A DNA stretch of 64,000 nucleotides, taken from contig NMRA01000144.1 in assembly GCA_002633005.1 (NCBI GenBank), positions 315,336 to 379,335 on the forward strand, given 5' to 3'. This stretch comes from Phoronis australis (lineage: Eukaryota > Animalia > Phoronida). This document shows, in pieces, positions 24,437 through 37,760 of the stretch; position 1 is the stretch's first letter; each line of letters opens with the position of its first letter. The position numbers were made by a program, and so were the translations under genes. Below the pieces are notes generated by a model, which was not told the DNA's origin, did not search any database, and saw nothing but the letters and a program-made list of their open reading frames with translations.

Positions 24437-26677
24437 TAGTCAGGTTTGTTGCGTAATTTTGTTGGAATTTTTTGGGGAAAGTGAAAACTTTACATTTTTG
24501 GAAACCTCATGGAATGAAAAATGAGAAAATAACTGATTCCATTTTTGGCGGCCATGTTTGCGGCCATCTTGGATTTTCAAAAATGGCACCGGTAAAACGG
24601 ATTTTGCCCAATATCTCCGCTTTTGAGTCACTTAGAATGTTGGTTTTTATGGCTACACCTGCATTCCTCATGTCAAGGAATTAGAAATTTTAATTTTATT
24701 GTCCATCTTGGATTTTAAAAAATGGCGCCCGTAAAATACATTTCCTAAGTATCTTTGCTTTTGGGTCACTTTGAATATTAGTTTTTTTAAAACTGGCTGC
24801 ACCCACATTTTTGTGGTCAAAAAATCTGAAAATGCAACTTATTAAACATAATCAAAACCCCATTTATTAGCATGCATTCTTCATGTAATCCAACACATAT
24901 GATCACTATCTTACTTTCTTCTATATTTTGTTCAGATCTTGTTTCCTTCAAGACACTTAAAATAAACCAGTACCTAAACAACTTATTTACGCTTGAAGAA
25001 CACGAAAGTATGTTTTTTGTAGTGTCAATAGTCTTTCGAAACTTTGAAATCAGTCTATACGTCATTGCTATTGCCATCACTGTCAACAGGAATCCCATCA
25101 TCATCGCCATTCTGACATTTTGCACTACACTGACATAGATCTGCGTAAGATAGGTCTTTTGATCGGCAAGAGCATCTTTGGGAAGAGGAATTGTTTTTGC
25201 ATTGGCATCTAACCATCTCAATGATAGCCTCTGGCGCCCGAAGCTCCTCAGTTGTGAGGGTTTCAGCTGGTCATCTTTGTCCTTGTAAATTCATTCTGCA
25301 ATGGGTCAAGGAACTCCTGTCGAGCAATGACCGCCTGGCCCCACACTCTGGCTTGAATAAATGCCCTCAGCACATGTTGTTTCAAAGCACCAATGGTTGG
25401 TGGACGTTTGTCGCTCTCAGCCATATATTCACAGAAGAGGTACCACCTCGGGTCTGGGATGCTATTTGTGTCTATACCCTATGGTACATGTAAAAGGGGC
25501 CAATGTAAAAAGTGTTTCAGCTGTTACTTCATAAGCATTACAAAAATCTGCTGTGCACTGATATCATCAGTGTTTGCCTTCAAATATATATTCAACCTTC
25601 ATAATGGACCAGTGTTGTCTGTCCATGTAACAGCATGGAAAGCAGGAAGAGACTTTGCCCGGACAGCACCTAATACTGTCCTCATTGGATTCACGTGATG
25701 TGATGCCAGAACTGCATGGTGTAGAGTACGGTCAATCTGCTTTTTGTGATGTTTTCTTCTAAGCGCAGATCTTGTCGGTTGCTCTTTGTGAATCTGGAAG
25801 CTGAAGTAATGGCTTATCTTGGCAGAGTCTTTATTATATTCAAGTGTCTTTGCAGACAGATATTCAGTAAGGTGAGCCTTTTTTGGCCATGGGAGAGCTA
25901 GGAAACGGCTCATTGTGATGTTCTTTATGTAAGTCTTATCTCTTATCTGGTACTGTACTTGACCCTTTCTCTGCCTCCTTTTTCTCTTGTGGCTTGTTTC
26001 AAAGAGTCGTCTTTGTGGGTGTCAAAAACCAGAATGATAACGTCATAATCTCTAGTTAACGTGCAGTTTTCTGGCTTGGGTGAACACACTCGTTGGATGT
26101 TGTTTACATGTTTTCTGAGTTTAAAACCTCTCTTGCAGCTTGAGGACTGTCCTGTTCTAAGACGTCTGCTTCGGAAAGTTTCTGCAGACGGTGGATTCTA
26201 TTCGATTTGTCTGTGCATCACATCACTGCGCCACTGGCAGCAAATATTGCTCTTGGTGTTAGGGTGAATTCATAGTAGCTGATAGCATGTTTCTGGTCGA
26301 TTTGCCCAGCAGGCTACAACTCCTGTTGTTCTCGTCATTGATCCTTAGCCTGGTTACTGCCAAACTTATCTGCCATCCGACTGTCAAAGGCAAACTGCAT
26401 TTCCATTGAGTAGAGGAGAACTGGATTCCAAAGTGAACAGTGGAAATAATATCGAAATCTTTAAAAGATATATACAGTATATCTATTCAAAAAGATTTAG
26501 ATATACAATGTAAATCTATTTTACCAATGGCAAGATGGCTGCCAAGATGGCCACCGAAAAAATGGAATCAATTATTTTCTGATTCGTCATTCCATGAGGT
26601 TTCCAGAAATGTATAGTTTCCACTTTCCCCAAAAAATTCCAGCGTATGTCAAAATTTGGACATAGTGAACCTGACTA
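24437..26677 (-). mobile_element. Academ DNA transposon, internally deleted, with long TIRs and a 3-bp TSD
   Basis: Imperfect TIRs of about 140 bp beginning TAGTCAGGTT / ending AACCTGACTA; TSD AAT (24434-24436, 26678-26680). Minus-strand relics LGAVRAKSLPAFHAVTWTDNTG, PPTIGALKQHVLRAFIQARVWGQA and the Cys-rich PEAIIEMVRCQC..RCSCRS match the Academ XPG-like and Cys domains. Confidence 0.85.
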
Positions 26678-27413
26678 AATGGTTCAGTGCATTAACTTGC
26701 ATGCCGGCCCGTAGCCAGTATTGCGCAGGGGGTGGTTCGAATTTCTTGAACGTTGGACCTTTGATATTTTACAAATGTCCGTCAAAAGTGTGGGTTTTCA
26801 TTAAGGGCCTCAGTTGACGCAGCTTAATCAGGGGGGAGGAAATCTGTATACACTACGATGACTCTCAGCTCTGTGTTTTTGAGACGAGACGGAATTAGTA
26901 ATACCAGAGATGAGGAACCCGTGAAGTTTGCGCGCAACGAGCGGGACTCAATTCGGATGTAATGTACGAGGTCCAAAACGTCCTTGCGTTACTTCCTGCC
27001 AAATTTTCAAATCAGGCGTGCTTAAATGAGCAATTGCACCTACGGGGACAGAAATACTTAGTCGGAGAACAACTTGAATTTTTATATAGTTATATTTTTG
27101 CGTGTTACTTACGTTGCTTACCTCGTTGGAAATGGGAAAAGCCCACTACTCACCATTCGGTTCGCCATTCTGAAGGTTCACTACTTTAAAGGTTCACTAC
27201 TACAAAAAGATCTATTTTTTCAACTCATGTGTAATTTTTACTCGTGTACATGCAAAAAATGAATGATACATACTTTGAACGGTGTACCTATACCGAAAAC
27301 AACGATCAAACTAATCTGCGACTAAACTGCGATGTTTGGATTTCACGCACCTGCGAAATTGCCCGCATTTCTTACAAAAACTGAAATTGATCACGTTATT
27401 ACATTATAAATAT

Positions 27414-27866
27414 ATGTAGTGGGAATATTGGTGAATTATACCACAATATTAACGTCAAATGGCAGATACAACCGTGTAATAACCCATAAAGTTATCTCAC
27501 TAGTGAGATAACGATTTGGCGGAAAACCGAGGACGGGGTCGAACCCGGGACCCTGAAATTGCTGATCGCCGACTTTACCACTACACCACGCAGCGACTGA
27601 CGTGATCAAGAGTGAAAATAGATTACTTAAATGAGCACGCGCAATAATCCCATGTTCAACAAACCGCATTGTACTGTACTTATACGCTACGAAAAATAAG
27701 ACACATAATTTCCATAAAAATGATATCTTAATTCGGTGATATCTTAATTCGTGGATTTTGGAGAATTATCACCCTCGGGGCTTACGCCCCTCGGGCGATA
27801 ATTCTCCAAAATCCACTCGGGCTCCAGATAACGGGGGATAACGACTTCACCATGTAATAATCTACA
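27414..27866. mobile_element. Second, internally deleted copy of the 22505-23391 element
   Basis: Ends tgtag...ctaca. Minus-strand A-box TGGTGTAGTGG and B-box GGTTCGACCCC at ~27535-27590; hairpin at 27752-27813. Confidence 0.75.
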
Positions 27867-28312
27867 TTTATCAACCACGATTCACTCATCAAATCCATAT
27901 CAAGGCTGCATCATTTCACAGCGCGACTGAAAAGTTTAGGGCCGCTGCGCCTGAACCTCACCCACCGGAATCGCACACACGGCGGGTCGAAATTAAACGT
28001 AGTAAGCAGGCTACCCTGTCCCTCCCAGTCTTCACGAAGTCAGTGATCCCTATTCAGTCCTCTTATTTAAAACCGTTGGTCTCCGTAGCCCTGACCCGTG
28101 CCCCAGATGTTGTCCATGCTTGAGGATGAGTCGTTAGTTAGATTCAAGAATGACGATTGGCAGTGATTGGATCCGAGCTCATTTGTAAACAATGAAGTCA
28201 ATGTATTAAGAACTAGTCGACTTTTGCACACCATTTAAATGGTTACTAAATGGACACAAATACAATGATTTATTCATGTTTGTTACGACAATCTGATTGT
28301 CGTATTGAATCA

Positions 28313-28520
28313 GAGTGTAGCTCAGTGGTTTGAGGTTGGGGCTCCTGTTTGGGAGACTTGGGTTCGAATCCTGGCTTCACTGGCTGCCAATCGAGCACTG
28401 CACAAAGGTGTCTCCTACTTATCTGAGCTCGGTTTTACTAGTGAATATGTGCAAGGGTGTGAATTAGAACTTGGATATAATGCTAAGCGACTCCTGGGGC
28501 TGTGCTTATATTTAAGACAA
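28313..28520 (+). mobile_element. tRNA-derived SINE
   Basis: Pol III A-box TAGCTCAGTGG (28318) and B-box GGTTCGAATCC (28361), followed by a non-tRNA body and an A-rich end; no complete cloverleaf. Confidence 0.7.
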
Positions 28521-31500
28521 AAAATAACTGTCTGAGTTCGGGTTTTGGAATTGCGGGCATTCGAAGTAGTGAACTTCCGAAGGTGGCTTAATCTTCAGAG
28601 TAATGGACCTTCAGAGTAGCGAACCTTCGGAATTGTGGCATCTAACCTAGGAAATCTTTTCCATCAAGTTAGCTGCTCGTATGAAGTCTATGAGGCTGTG
28701 CACCATTGACGCTATTGACAAGAGAAGTCTATCCCCATTGACCAAAGTTTTGGGTCTAGACCTACTTTTCCCCAATAATGTGAACATACTTGTCGGTGTT
28801 TTCTCAGAGCAAGCAAACATGGTTATGTTAAATTCTGGTTTTAGAGCAACAATGGAGGGCTACATATAGTTAACTTACCGTCGGCTCCTACTGAATTTAA
28901 AAGGACGGAAACGCACACACGTGTACACGCATGCATGTTAATCCACCAATCCACAATAGAATTGGACACTGGATGAAAAACATACCTGTATTTGACGAAC
29001 ACTTTCAATTTCAAATTTGAAAACGCCTGCCCTTTACTGTACTATGCTAGCAAACGATATCAGATAACAAATTTATTGTCTGCTGATTTGTTTCTTGGTC
29101 GATTTTTGGCAGGCTCTCTCACCGCTATATAACTTATTTCTAGACTCTCTTGTTTCCCTACGGTGTAACCCCACGTGTGTTCAATACAGATGAGTATCAT
29201 AAAGCCTCCTCTAATCGTCTGCACGATCCTGTCATCTACGCAAATACCACTCGGGCGAAGTTGGTCTGGCACAATCCGATGATCACGTGAAGAGCTTTGA
29301 GTGAAAAGGCAAATTCAAAATTATTACTAATTTAGTTATCATTGTGGTACATGTACGACTAGCTGCAACAATTTTGTTGTTGTCCATCTGTATCCTATCT
29401 TTAACGGATAGACTGGGGCTGGACCTTTCCGCAGAGGAAGGGTTCGCTCCCTCGAACCCTCCCCCCCCCCTCCTGGCAACGGGCCTGTGTGTTTGTGTGT
29501 GGGCGTATCAAAATGAAGTTAATAAAAATAGCAATTCCTCAAACTGGAAGTGTCGCATTAAATCACTGTGTTAGTCCCGGGAGCTTTAAATAAAATTTTC
29601 ACTATCACTCAGTTAAGCCTACAACGGCAGATCACGGCAAAACAAATGACTTCCAGCATCGGTCACTTTGCCCTTGTGCTGAAGCCCAACAAACTCATAA
29701 ATGGAATGGCGTCGTAGAGTACATCCTGCAGTACCTGTAGTTGATCTACTTAGTCCTGGATACCGTCGGTTACAGTTCACAGATTTTGAAAGTTCGATTA
29801 CGAGCAACAGTTATTTTTCAATTTTAAAATCAGTTACAATAATGGTCAAATGCCTTTATCATTAGTCTTGAAAGGCGGGCACTCACTGTTTACGACCACA
29901 TCGAAAAGCCTAGTTGCCAATCACAGGCGCTAATAATACACTGACAGACTAGAAGAAACGCAGAGGGGTTAGGCATACCGCGTACCAACTATGTAAACGT
30001 GGATAGACCGATATCGCACGATTCACACCATGACGTCAGCCGGTCCAAGTAAGCTGGGTTCCCTGGCTTTTTAATGATCATTCGCTGTGACCAGTGGTCA
30101 AAACACCAGCAGATTTTCAATCCCAGTCCCGTTGTATAACAATTCACATTTAACTTGAAAAATATGTTATCAGAATTAGTTACATGTAGAATACCAGTAC
30201 TACAGTAGCTATTCATCCGGTAAGTGTTATTTGCTTATTCATGTAGTATATCACTTCCAGGATTTGAAGAACTGTTAACACAGCTTTCATAGCACGTAGT
30301 GGAGTAGACATGAAGAGACGAGGACGACTGGAGAAAGATGGCGGAGGAGCTAGAGCAGCACAGACATCCCCTCACTGAGCAGCAGCCATGTCTCTATAAC
30401 ATCTGCATTAGCCAAGTAAGTACAGACATCATGATGGCTCAGAACGAACTGGTCACCAGGAGTGAGCAGAGAAGTAAGTTTTTTTAGTTTGGTCAGATGT
30501 CTCAGTTTCTGTCAAGAATCATTCTGCTACGCACGGGAATGCCGGCCAGCTTCTGTGCTACGTCGTCTGGACTGCATCTGGAACTGCAGGAGGTTTGGAT
30601 GTAAGCCATGTTCGGCACGCGACCGGCCCCCTATCCCCTCGCTTCCAAGAAAATTATTATGTTTGAAACATATGCCCACACAAAGGTGCCAAGCGACAAT
30701 GAGAGGATAAGACGAGGAAAATCAAAGAAGCCTCCTTCGCCCAGAAACTATTCTAGACATCTCCAAATCATAGCTCTGTGCAATAACCTTTTGCATGTAT
30801 GCAGCTATCCCCTTCCACACAACATCAAGGTGGTCAAGAAGAACCACAGTATAGCTACCCCATGTTGAAGCAGACATCACACCTTATAGGTACCTGTTGA
30901 AAATGAAAGCTATAGAAGAAGGGCCCACACCACCAGAATCCTCAGTGACATCATTGTTTGTCTTCGTGGTGTTGGTTTATTGGACATCAGGGATGTCAGG
31001 TGACGCCAGGATTCAAATGGACATAAACGGAGCAGTTCGGAGACTAAGGCCCAGGAAGTGCAGCCAACTTCTCAAAATTTATGCAATGTCAGTTGTTCTA
31101 TCCCTTTAGAAATAGAAAGCTGACGGCCCACGTACTCTAAGAAGCAACATTCTAGAGCAAGGTATTGGGGCAGTCTAGTGCAATACTGAGCTTTGCGAAA
31201 CTTTTTGTGTATTCTTCTAACCTTTGTATCGGCAGATAAGTTGTCAAACAATGAACGATGACCGCGTTCACTTCTACTGTGGACGAAAAATGCCTCTATC
31301 AAATGCCACCAACAGATAATAACGTCCTCTTGTACGCGACTTGAGTACACATGTACTTTCAGATACTGCTGTGGAATGCAGTTTACCACCGACAAACACC
31401 GTAAAAGTAAACGTAAATTCAACTTTGGATGGAAAATAGACAATTCTGTAGTAACATTGGCCACTTCAACAGTACACTGTGTCTGTTGCAACCCAAGCTC

Positions 31501-32067
31501 CAGTTGACGTAGTCCGTTGCATCTGCAGTGCATATATGGACAGATGCTGCAGTTGAAACAGTGCTGCCCTGTCCTGCACAGGTGATTACACGTGACAAGC
31601 AGTGGTGTTCTCCAACTGTCTTTAATACGTGTACTTAAATATTAATTCAAGCACTCTCAATTCCCTTAAAATCTTTCTACACGTATATGCGTATTGAATT
31701 TGACTATAAATTGAAGTTACCGGTAAACGCTGGGTGCATTGATATATTATATACTTAGTTCAATATTTATGCGGGACACTCAGTATTGTGATTTGTTGTT
31801 GAGATTTTGGTAATATCGGGGTCCAGTATTTGACATGTCATTTACAATTTTCTTAATTATAATAATACAACAGAACAACAATGTTAAAAGAGGCCTACAC
31901 GTAGTATGTTATAACTACAGACACGTAGTCTACATGTATGTAACTTGCACGGACTTCACGAATACATTTCTTACATCGGGACTTCGTTTAAGTTTCGTGA
32001 ATTCAATGTCTTTAATTTCTATGATACCCGGTATGTGTCGCTGTAGTATAGCTTGTATAATAAACTT

Positions 32068-32118
32068 TCCCTCTCCCTCTCCCTCTCCCTCTCTCTCCCT
32101 CTCCCTCTCCCTNCTCCC
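32068..32118. repeat. (CCCTCT)n simple repeat containing an N
   Basis: Read directly. An ambiguous base at 32113 may mark an assembly join. Confidence 0.9.
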
Positions 32119-34379
32119 GGCAGCCTATACGATACTCGGCCGAGCTACAGAACAAGTAAGTGAGATTTTGGGAGGAAATCTAATTCCTACATTTAGTAAC
32201 TTCTTATTTTCATCAAGGAAGACATCAAATGATGATGAACTTGCATTTCCGATACATTAAAAATTTCGTCCACCAGAAGAGGTGGATTTGCCCTAGTTCA
32301 GTTTAACTTTACCTTTGACCTCTATGTTGACCTTCCATTTGACCTTGCATCTATAATACCAGAAATAGACTGTAGGTCCCAGAAAACATTGGAAGCGATA
32401 CATTGCAGGACCCTGTAAGCCATCATGTTCAGAAGATAAAAACTGAGCGAAGGTTAAGACGGAGGATGCCGCCATGGTAAATTACATGAAATGCTCAAGG
32501 TTTGTACAAAGAGCATCCGAGTTGGTTTTGGTCTCCTAACCACATATTACAAAGTTTCAAGGGAGCATTCGCAGATCGCTTCCTAGTCAGAGCCAGTATT
32601 GAAAAACCGTCACGCGATTCATTGACTAGTAGGTGTCGCGTCAAAAAATGAACACGTTGACGAATGGAAATTGGGACAACATCAGAATGCTCTATCTTAA
32701 ACCAAAAATCGTTTACGATTTTTACCACGAAAAGACGAAAAAATGTCCAAATACACCGAGTTGTCATACAACAGTCGCTTATATGCAAAGTCGTATGCTT
32801 GATGGTATGCCGCGAAGACCTGTATGATTTGGCAAACTTGTAAGATGCAAACGTTACTGAACGCTATCGAAAGATTTGTCAGATTAGAGCTTATTCAAAA
32901 ACGCCGGTGAGACAATAAGAATAAGAAGTGTTTAGAAGTACTAAGGCACACTATTCCGTTTTGACGATAATTGAAAGACAAGCAACATTTTGTTGAATAT
33001 TAAATGGGACAACAGGGTGTGTCGTGGTATTCACATTCGTCCAAGCAACAATCACCGCTGTCAAGTTTCAGTAAAATTTCTCAAGCTGGTATGACAACAA
33101 TTGACGGACAAGGAAAATCTTGCCCAAACCTAAACCTACCGACAAAGAGTGTTACCATTGTCGAATCCGTCCGAAAATAAATTTGTGGCGGTGCATTCCT
33201 ATTACGGAACACCTCGAGTGTTTCCGTAACCTCACATTTCCTCCCTCTCCTTCTCCATCTGTTCCCTCCCCCTCTCTCTCTACCACCCTCTCTCTCTTCC
33301 TCCCTCTCTCTCAATTCACTGCAAAATTCGTCAATTGTTTCGCCAACATCTTGTAAAACATTGAAGCGGCAACAAACACCTAGCCGGGTGCCACTGAAGT
33401 CACGTTCATCCTCAAATCGACAGGCTCTCCATCAAATTAATCGTGGTCCGCCAAACAATTTTTGAGAAAATCGACGAACAAGCAAAGGTAATGACCGTGA
33501 CAGACGGCGGACGGGATGATGACTATAATATCATGCGACGACAATTTTTGTGGGCTTATAAAAGTCATCTTGGTTTCTGATAGAAACACAAACTTACCAA
33601 TCTTTAGTTGCTAAAAAATACAAAATTTTTGTGTTTTTCATTCTGTAAAAAGACTCAGGGCGTGATTCAAAGATGAGAGAACGCTATAAATAAAAGTCTG
33701 GACTGTGTTTAGTTTCCTATTTTTAGTATGTTGAAATATCAAAACTAAAAGGATATGAATACTGTACGCGGACTCTCAGCATTGAGATTGAATACAAGTC
33801 AATCCCCATGAGAATTTCAGCTATTGGTACAAAAGAGAATCAAACTGCCTAAAAGGTTTATCTCAGCGGGGTGAAGCAAACCTGAGAACCTGAGTGAGCT
33901 GATTACAGTTCAGTCCAAAGTGACGCATCTGTCAAGCTATAAGAATTGTAGCAATTACTGAGTCTAAACGGGATTCGAACCTCGACCATCCACATGTACC
34001 CGCATAGAGCGAGTAGGCTGGTAATAGAAATTTGCAACAGTTTTCAATACGTTTGGTTGAACACAATTATGAGAGTAATTTCCCTTCGTGTTCGCCGCAG
34101 GCGTTCACATACAGAACTTTTATACATGTAATACTCCAACTCCTCACGTACAAATAAGTCCGTACAGTTCACTTGTAACGAATACCTCTTTTGTCATTGA
34201 TGGTAACAGCATACGTGTTAACCATTCTTTGCTCTAACCATAGCAATTGTGTTAAAACATAGCGTTTACCATAGGACTGATGAAACACAAGTCGTGATAT
34301 GAAATATAATGAAACACAAAACGAAGTTCATTTTCTAGAGCACTGAGATCACGTAAGCAACATAACCTATTTTCATGTT

Positions 34380-36000
34380 CGAAATTAGTCTACCTTCCAA
34401 CCTCTATCTCCAATAGAAGAATATAAAATTTGAACTGACAAAACAAATATCTTCTCACTCTAGGTGAACAAGAATATGGATAGTCCTCAGTTTTAAATTT
34501 TTCTTTGAATGTCTTGTAAGTTCTCAGTTTTGGTTGAGACCGAGGGGGACCTAATACCCTCCCTCCAATTTCCCTCGCCAATACTTAACCTAAATAATTC
34601 ATACTTTCTATGCCATAGAAAGACTTGGATACAAAAGCATTATTCATATTGCACTAACTGAAGACACAACTTTGTTCTGCTGACAACTTTTGTCCATAAT
34701 GGCTCAAGCACTAATGAGGTAATGGGAATCCAAGCTATCAAGTCTATTCCAAAGCCTTTACATACATACCCCAAAACTTGCTAGCTATCATCCTAAAGCC
34801 CCTTTCATGGCAATGATAGGCGTGAAGAGGTGAACCCCTAACAAGTATCTCATGGCACGTTTTTGAACCTCTTCGCAACATTTTATACCACTGAAACCCC
34901 AAATATAAGCCCCGTATTCCAAACCAGGTAGAACTCCCACCTTGAATGTTGTATAGGAAGTACCAAAACCAACACCTTTCACAGATTTGAACTTCGAGAC
35001 AACTGTACCAAGCGAGTGGCATGAAGTGTTAGCACTGGTATCAAAATTTAGAAATTCATCAAAGTACACAATCAAATATGTGTACTGAGTGAATCTAATA
35101 ATTCAAGACTGTGTCTCCGAAGTTAAACAAAACACTGAAACCTGGGGCCCATTTGTTTGTAAAATTAATAGTATTTGTTTTCCTTTCATTAACACACAAC
35201 TTCCATTTAAAGCATCACTGGTGAACCATGTTCAACGTAACCTGCAGATGGACCTTGTTTTCTGCTAACACAACAATATCATCCGCATAAAGTAAAAAAG
35301 TTGTTGTCAACTTTGGTTTCGATGTTTGCACTTTTTAGTTGGTTGCTAGATCATTCTGAAAAATGCCAAATAGAGTAGGTGACAAAACATCTCCCTGGCG
35401 AACCACATCAGTTGTTGAAAACCAATTAGTAACGGAGTTCATACTGTCTATGCGAATACACGCAGATGTGTTCACGAGAAGAGACTTGATGACAAAATAA
35501 AAATTGCCAGCAAATTGTTTTTCAAGCAGTTTCAGGAAAGGAAGGACAGTCTCTATCTACCAAATCAATGGCATTTTAAAACTCACTAAAGCCAGCAAGT
35601 CTACTTTGCTTGAATTTTAGTCAGTTTCTTATGATGTATGATAGAACAAACAAATGTGGTTTGACAGGTTCCAGTTTTTCTAAAACCATTTGCCCAACCA
35701 CTAGAAAGTTAATGTATTCGGCATGGTGAACCAATCTGTTGTTTAGAAAACTAGAGTAGACTTTGCCAGAGCAAGATAGCAGGCTTATTTCCCTGAAATT
35801 AAGAGGAACAACTAGGTCATTTGCGGAATTTTTCGGGAGTGGTACAACGATAGATTTTAAACACACTGATGGTACCATAACAGTAGAAAAACATGTGTTC
35901 ATGAAACTGACAAAAAGTCGCAAATCTTACCTGACTTGATCACTTCGTTTTGGAATTTCATTAGAACCAGACGCTTTTTAGCTTTCAGGTGGTCTATTAC
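34380..36000 (-). mobile_element. Degenerate non-LTR retrotransposon ORF2 (APE-type; RTEX/L2-like C-terminus)
   Basis: PLNFREISLLSCSGKVYSSFLNNRL, VRQGDVLSPTLFGIF, LLYADDIVVLAEN and KLRTYKTFK...LEIEVGR, with frameshifts. Confidence 0.85.
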
Positions 36001-37465
36001 ATTCTGTCAGAGAAAGGACGGTTGTAATTCATGTTTAATGAGACATCATTTGTATTATTTCCCAGCTTTCTCAAGCACGTCGTTGAAAAATAATTGATCA
36101 GAGTCCGGTTCCGAATCGAGTGATTTATTATACAGATCTTTGAAATCGGATTCTCGTTTACTCAGATCTGCGCTGAAATCCTGAGCAAACACATCATCAA
36201 TTTAAGTCTAACATGTAATTACGTTCTTTTTGTGAGGGCCACGATTTTTTTTACTTTTTGGTGTAATTCTCTTAGGTTGGTTACATTAACAATTTCAATG
36301 TTTAAAACCTTGTGTCTTCTACAGCGTTAGTAAGCAATCTATCGATTGCTTTTTGGGCAGTCCTCAATGCCGACAACAGACGTGATTTCTCGTTGATTTT
36401 ATACTTGTACTCAAACTACTACATTTTTAGAAAAATACGTAGGACATTTGTTTACGCGATTTTGAGTAACGTCTTCGTGATTAGCACTTTCAATAATTGT
36501 CGTCCGGTTTACAAAAACAACTGATCAAAATCGACACTCGCTTTTGTACACTGACTGACCCGCATTCCCAGGTTTATTTGCTGAGCTTCGGTGTTGTGCA
36601 TCGGTTTGTTTCTGAGCCCATTGACTGAGGACGTTTTCCTTGTCTGGTTATTGATGCCCTGCATTTTTGTCACGAATGTACCTAGGTTTCGCCGGTCCCC
36701 ATGTCATGGTACCCAATGGGCAGTTTGTTTTAAACATTAATTTTCCAGTTTGGTAACAGTGAACCATAGGAAATTATTCGTAATTTTGAACTGTGTTATC
36801 ACCTTCCCAAGACAATTTTGATTTAATTCCGTCAATTTATATATATACTTTCATCGAGTCATATTCTATGAAGGGGTGCGTGCGGATGCGACGTTCTTCA
36901 TAGAAGTGCAGTCTTGCACCCGGGGTCTTACAATGCCCGTAGATAGTGATGTTTGTGTGATGAAAGCAAGTACTTGGGGAAGAATATGTGCAGCTAGGAA
37001 TTGTGTCCACGGTAAAATTTGTAAGATCAGGCGTTTTCTCAAAAGAACATACAGATCAGAATCATAGACAATGTACGCTCTCATCAGTCGAGGAATTAGA
37101 TGATTTTAGTGTTTTTGTAATTTGTTATTGCTGGTGGAACTTAGACGTTTGGCAACGGTCAAGCTTTCTTGTAGCAACGTTCATATTCCACATGGTCTTG
37201 GTGGTAATGTTTGCGCTTTGGTCTGAATAGCAAGGCACAAAATACCCAAAGAATTAAAAACAGCTATTTCCAATTTACCTTAGACGCCATTTTGGTTCTG
37301 GAATGGCAATGCATTCTTCTTTGAAGAAAATGCATTTCCCAGACAATATATTTGTCTCCGCGAGTCTACAGAGATGGAACGTCGGTGTCTCAATGAATGA
37401 CAAAATGCCAGAGCACGACATTGCTTATAAAACAGTGATGCTGCCGGGATAAGTTGGTTAATTCA

Positions 37466-37760
37466 GAGCCGGGTTTAAGCTTACTACTCAAAATCTGAAC
37501 TCGAAATTACTTTTAGCAATTTCTGCTCTGCTTTTGTACGAACTCAATATAATTGTCTATTAATCTATACTCGAGTACATACATATGAATTTCTAGTTCA
37601 AGTTTGCACTTGATGACCCATAGATTTGTGCTTCACTAAAACTCCAGATTTCGAGTAGTTTTGAAATTTCGACTAGTTTAGACTCGAGCTTCTAGTCCTA
37701 GCCATGAAGTGTAAACTAGGATTAGACAGTTATCCACTAAACTCATGACTGCTTTAAAAA
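37466..37760. repeat. Interspersed repeat related to 60800-61180
   Basis: Shared ttctagt...gtttgcacttgatgaccc.tagatt.gtgc and aagtgtaaacta.gattag. The left end tactcaaaatctgaactcgaaatta is the reverse complement of ~61135-61160. Confidence 0.65.

Larger units (their letters stand above)
27160..28645. repeat. Inverted arrays of ~16-17-bp subrepeats (ggttcactactctgaa-like), probably the ends of a foldback element with nested inserts
   Basis: ggttcgccattctgaaggttcactactttaaaggttcactact at ~27160-27200 versus ttcagagtaatggaccttcagagtagcgaaccttcgga at ~28560-28635. Confidence 0.55.

Noticed and set aside
28313-28390. tRNA gene (also ~27530-27600, ~22590-22670, ~33965)
   Set aside because: A and B boxes are present, but there is no convincing acceptor or anticodon stem; treated as SINE or repeat-derived.
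30300-31620. Short ORFs (30462-31533) as a host gene
   Set aside because: No coherent domain or exon chain could be built; probably a decayed element, left unassigned.
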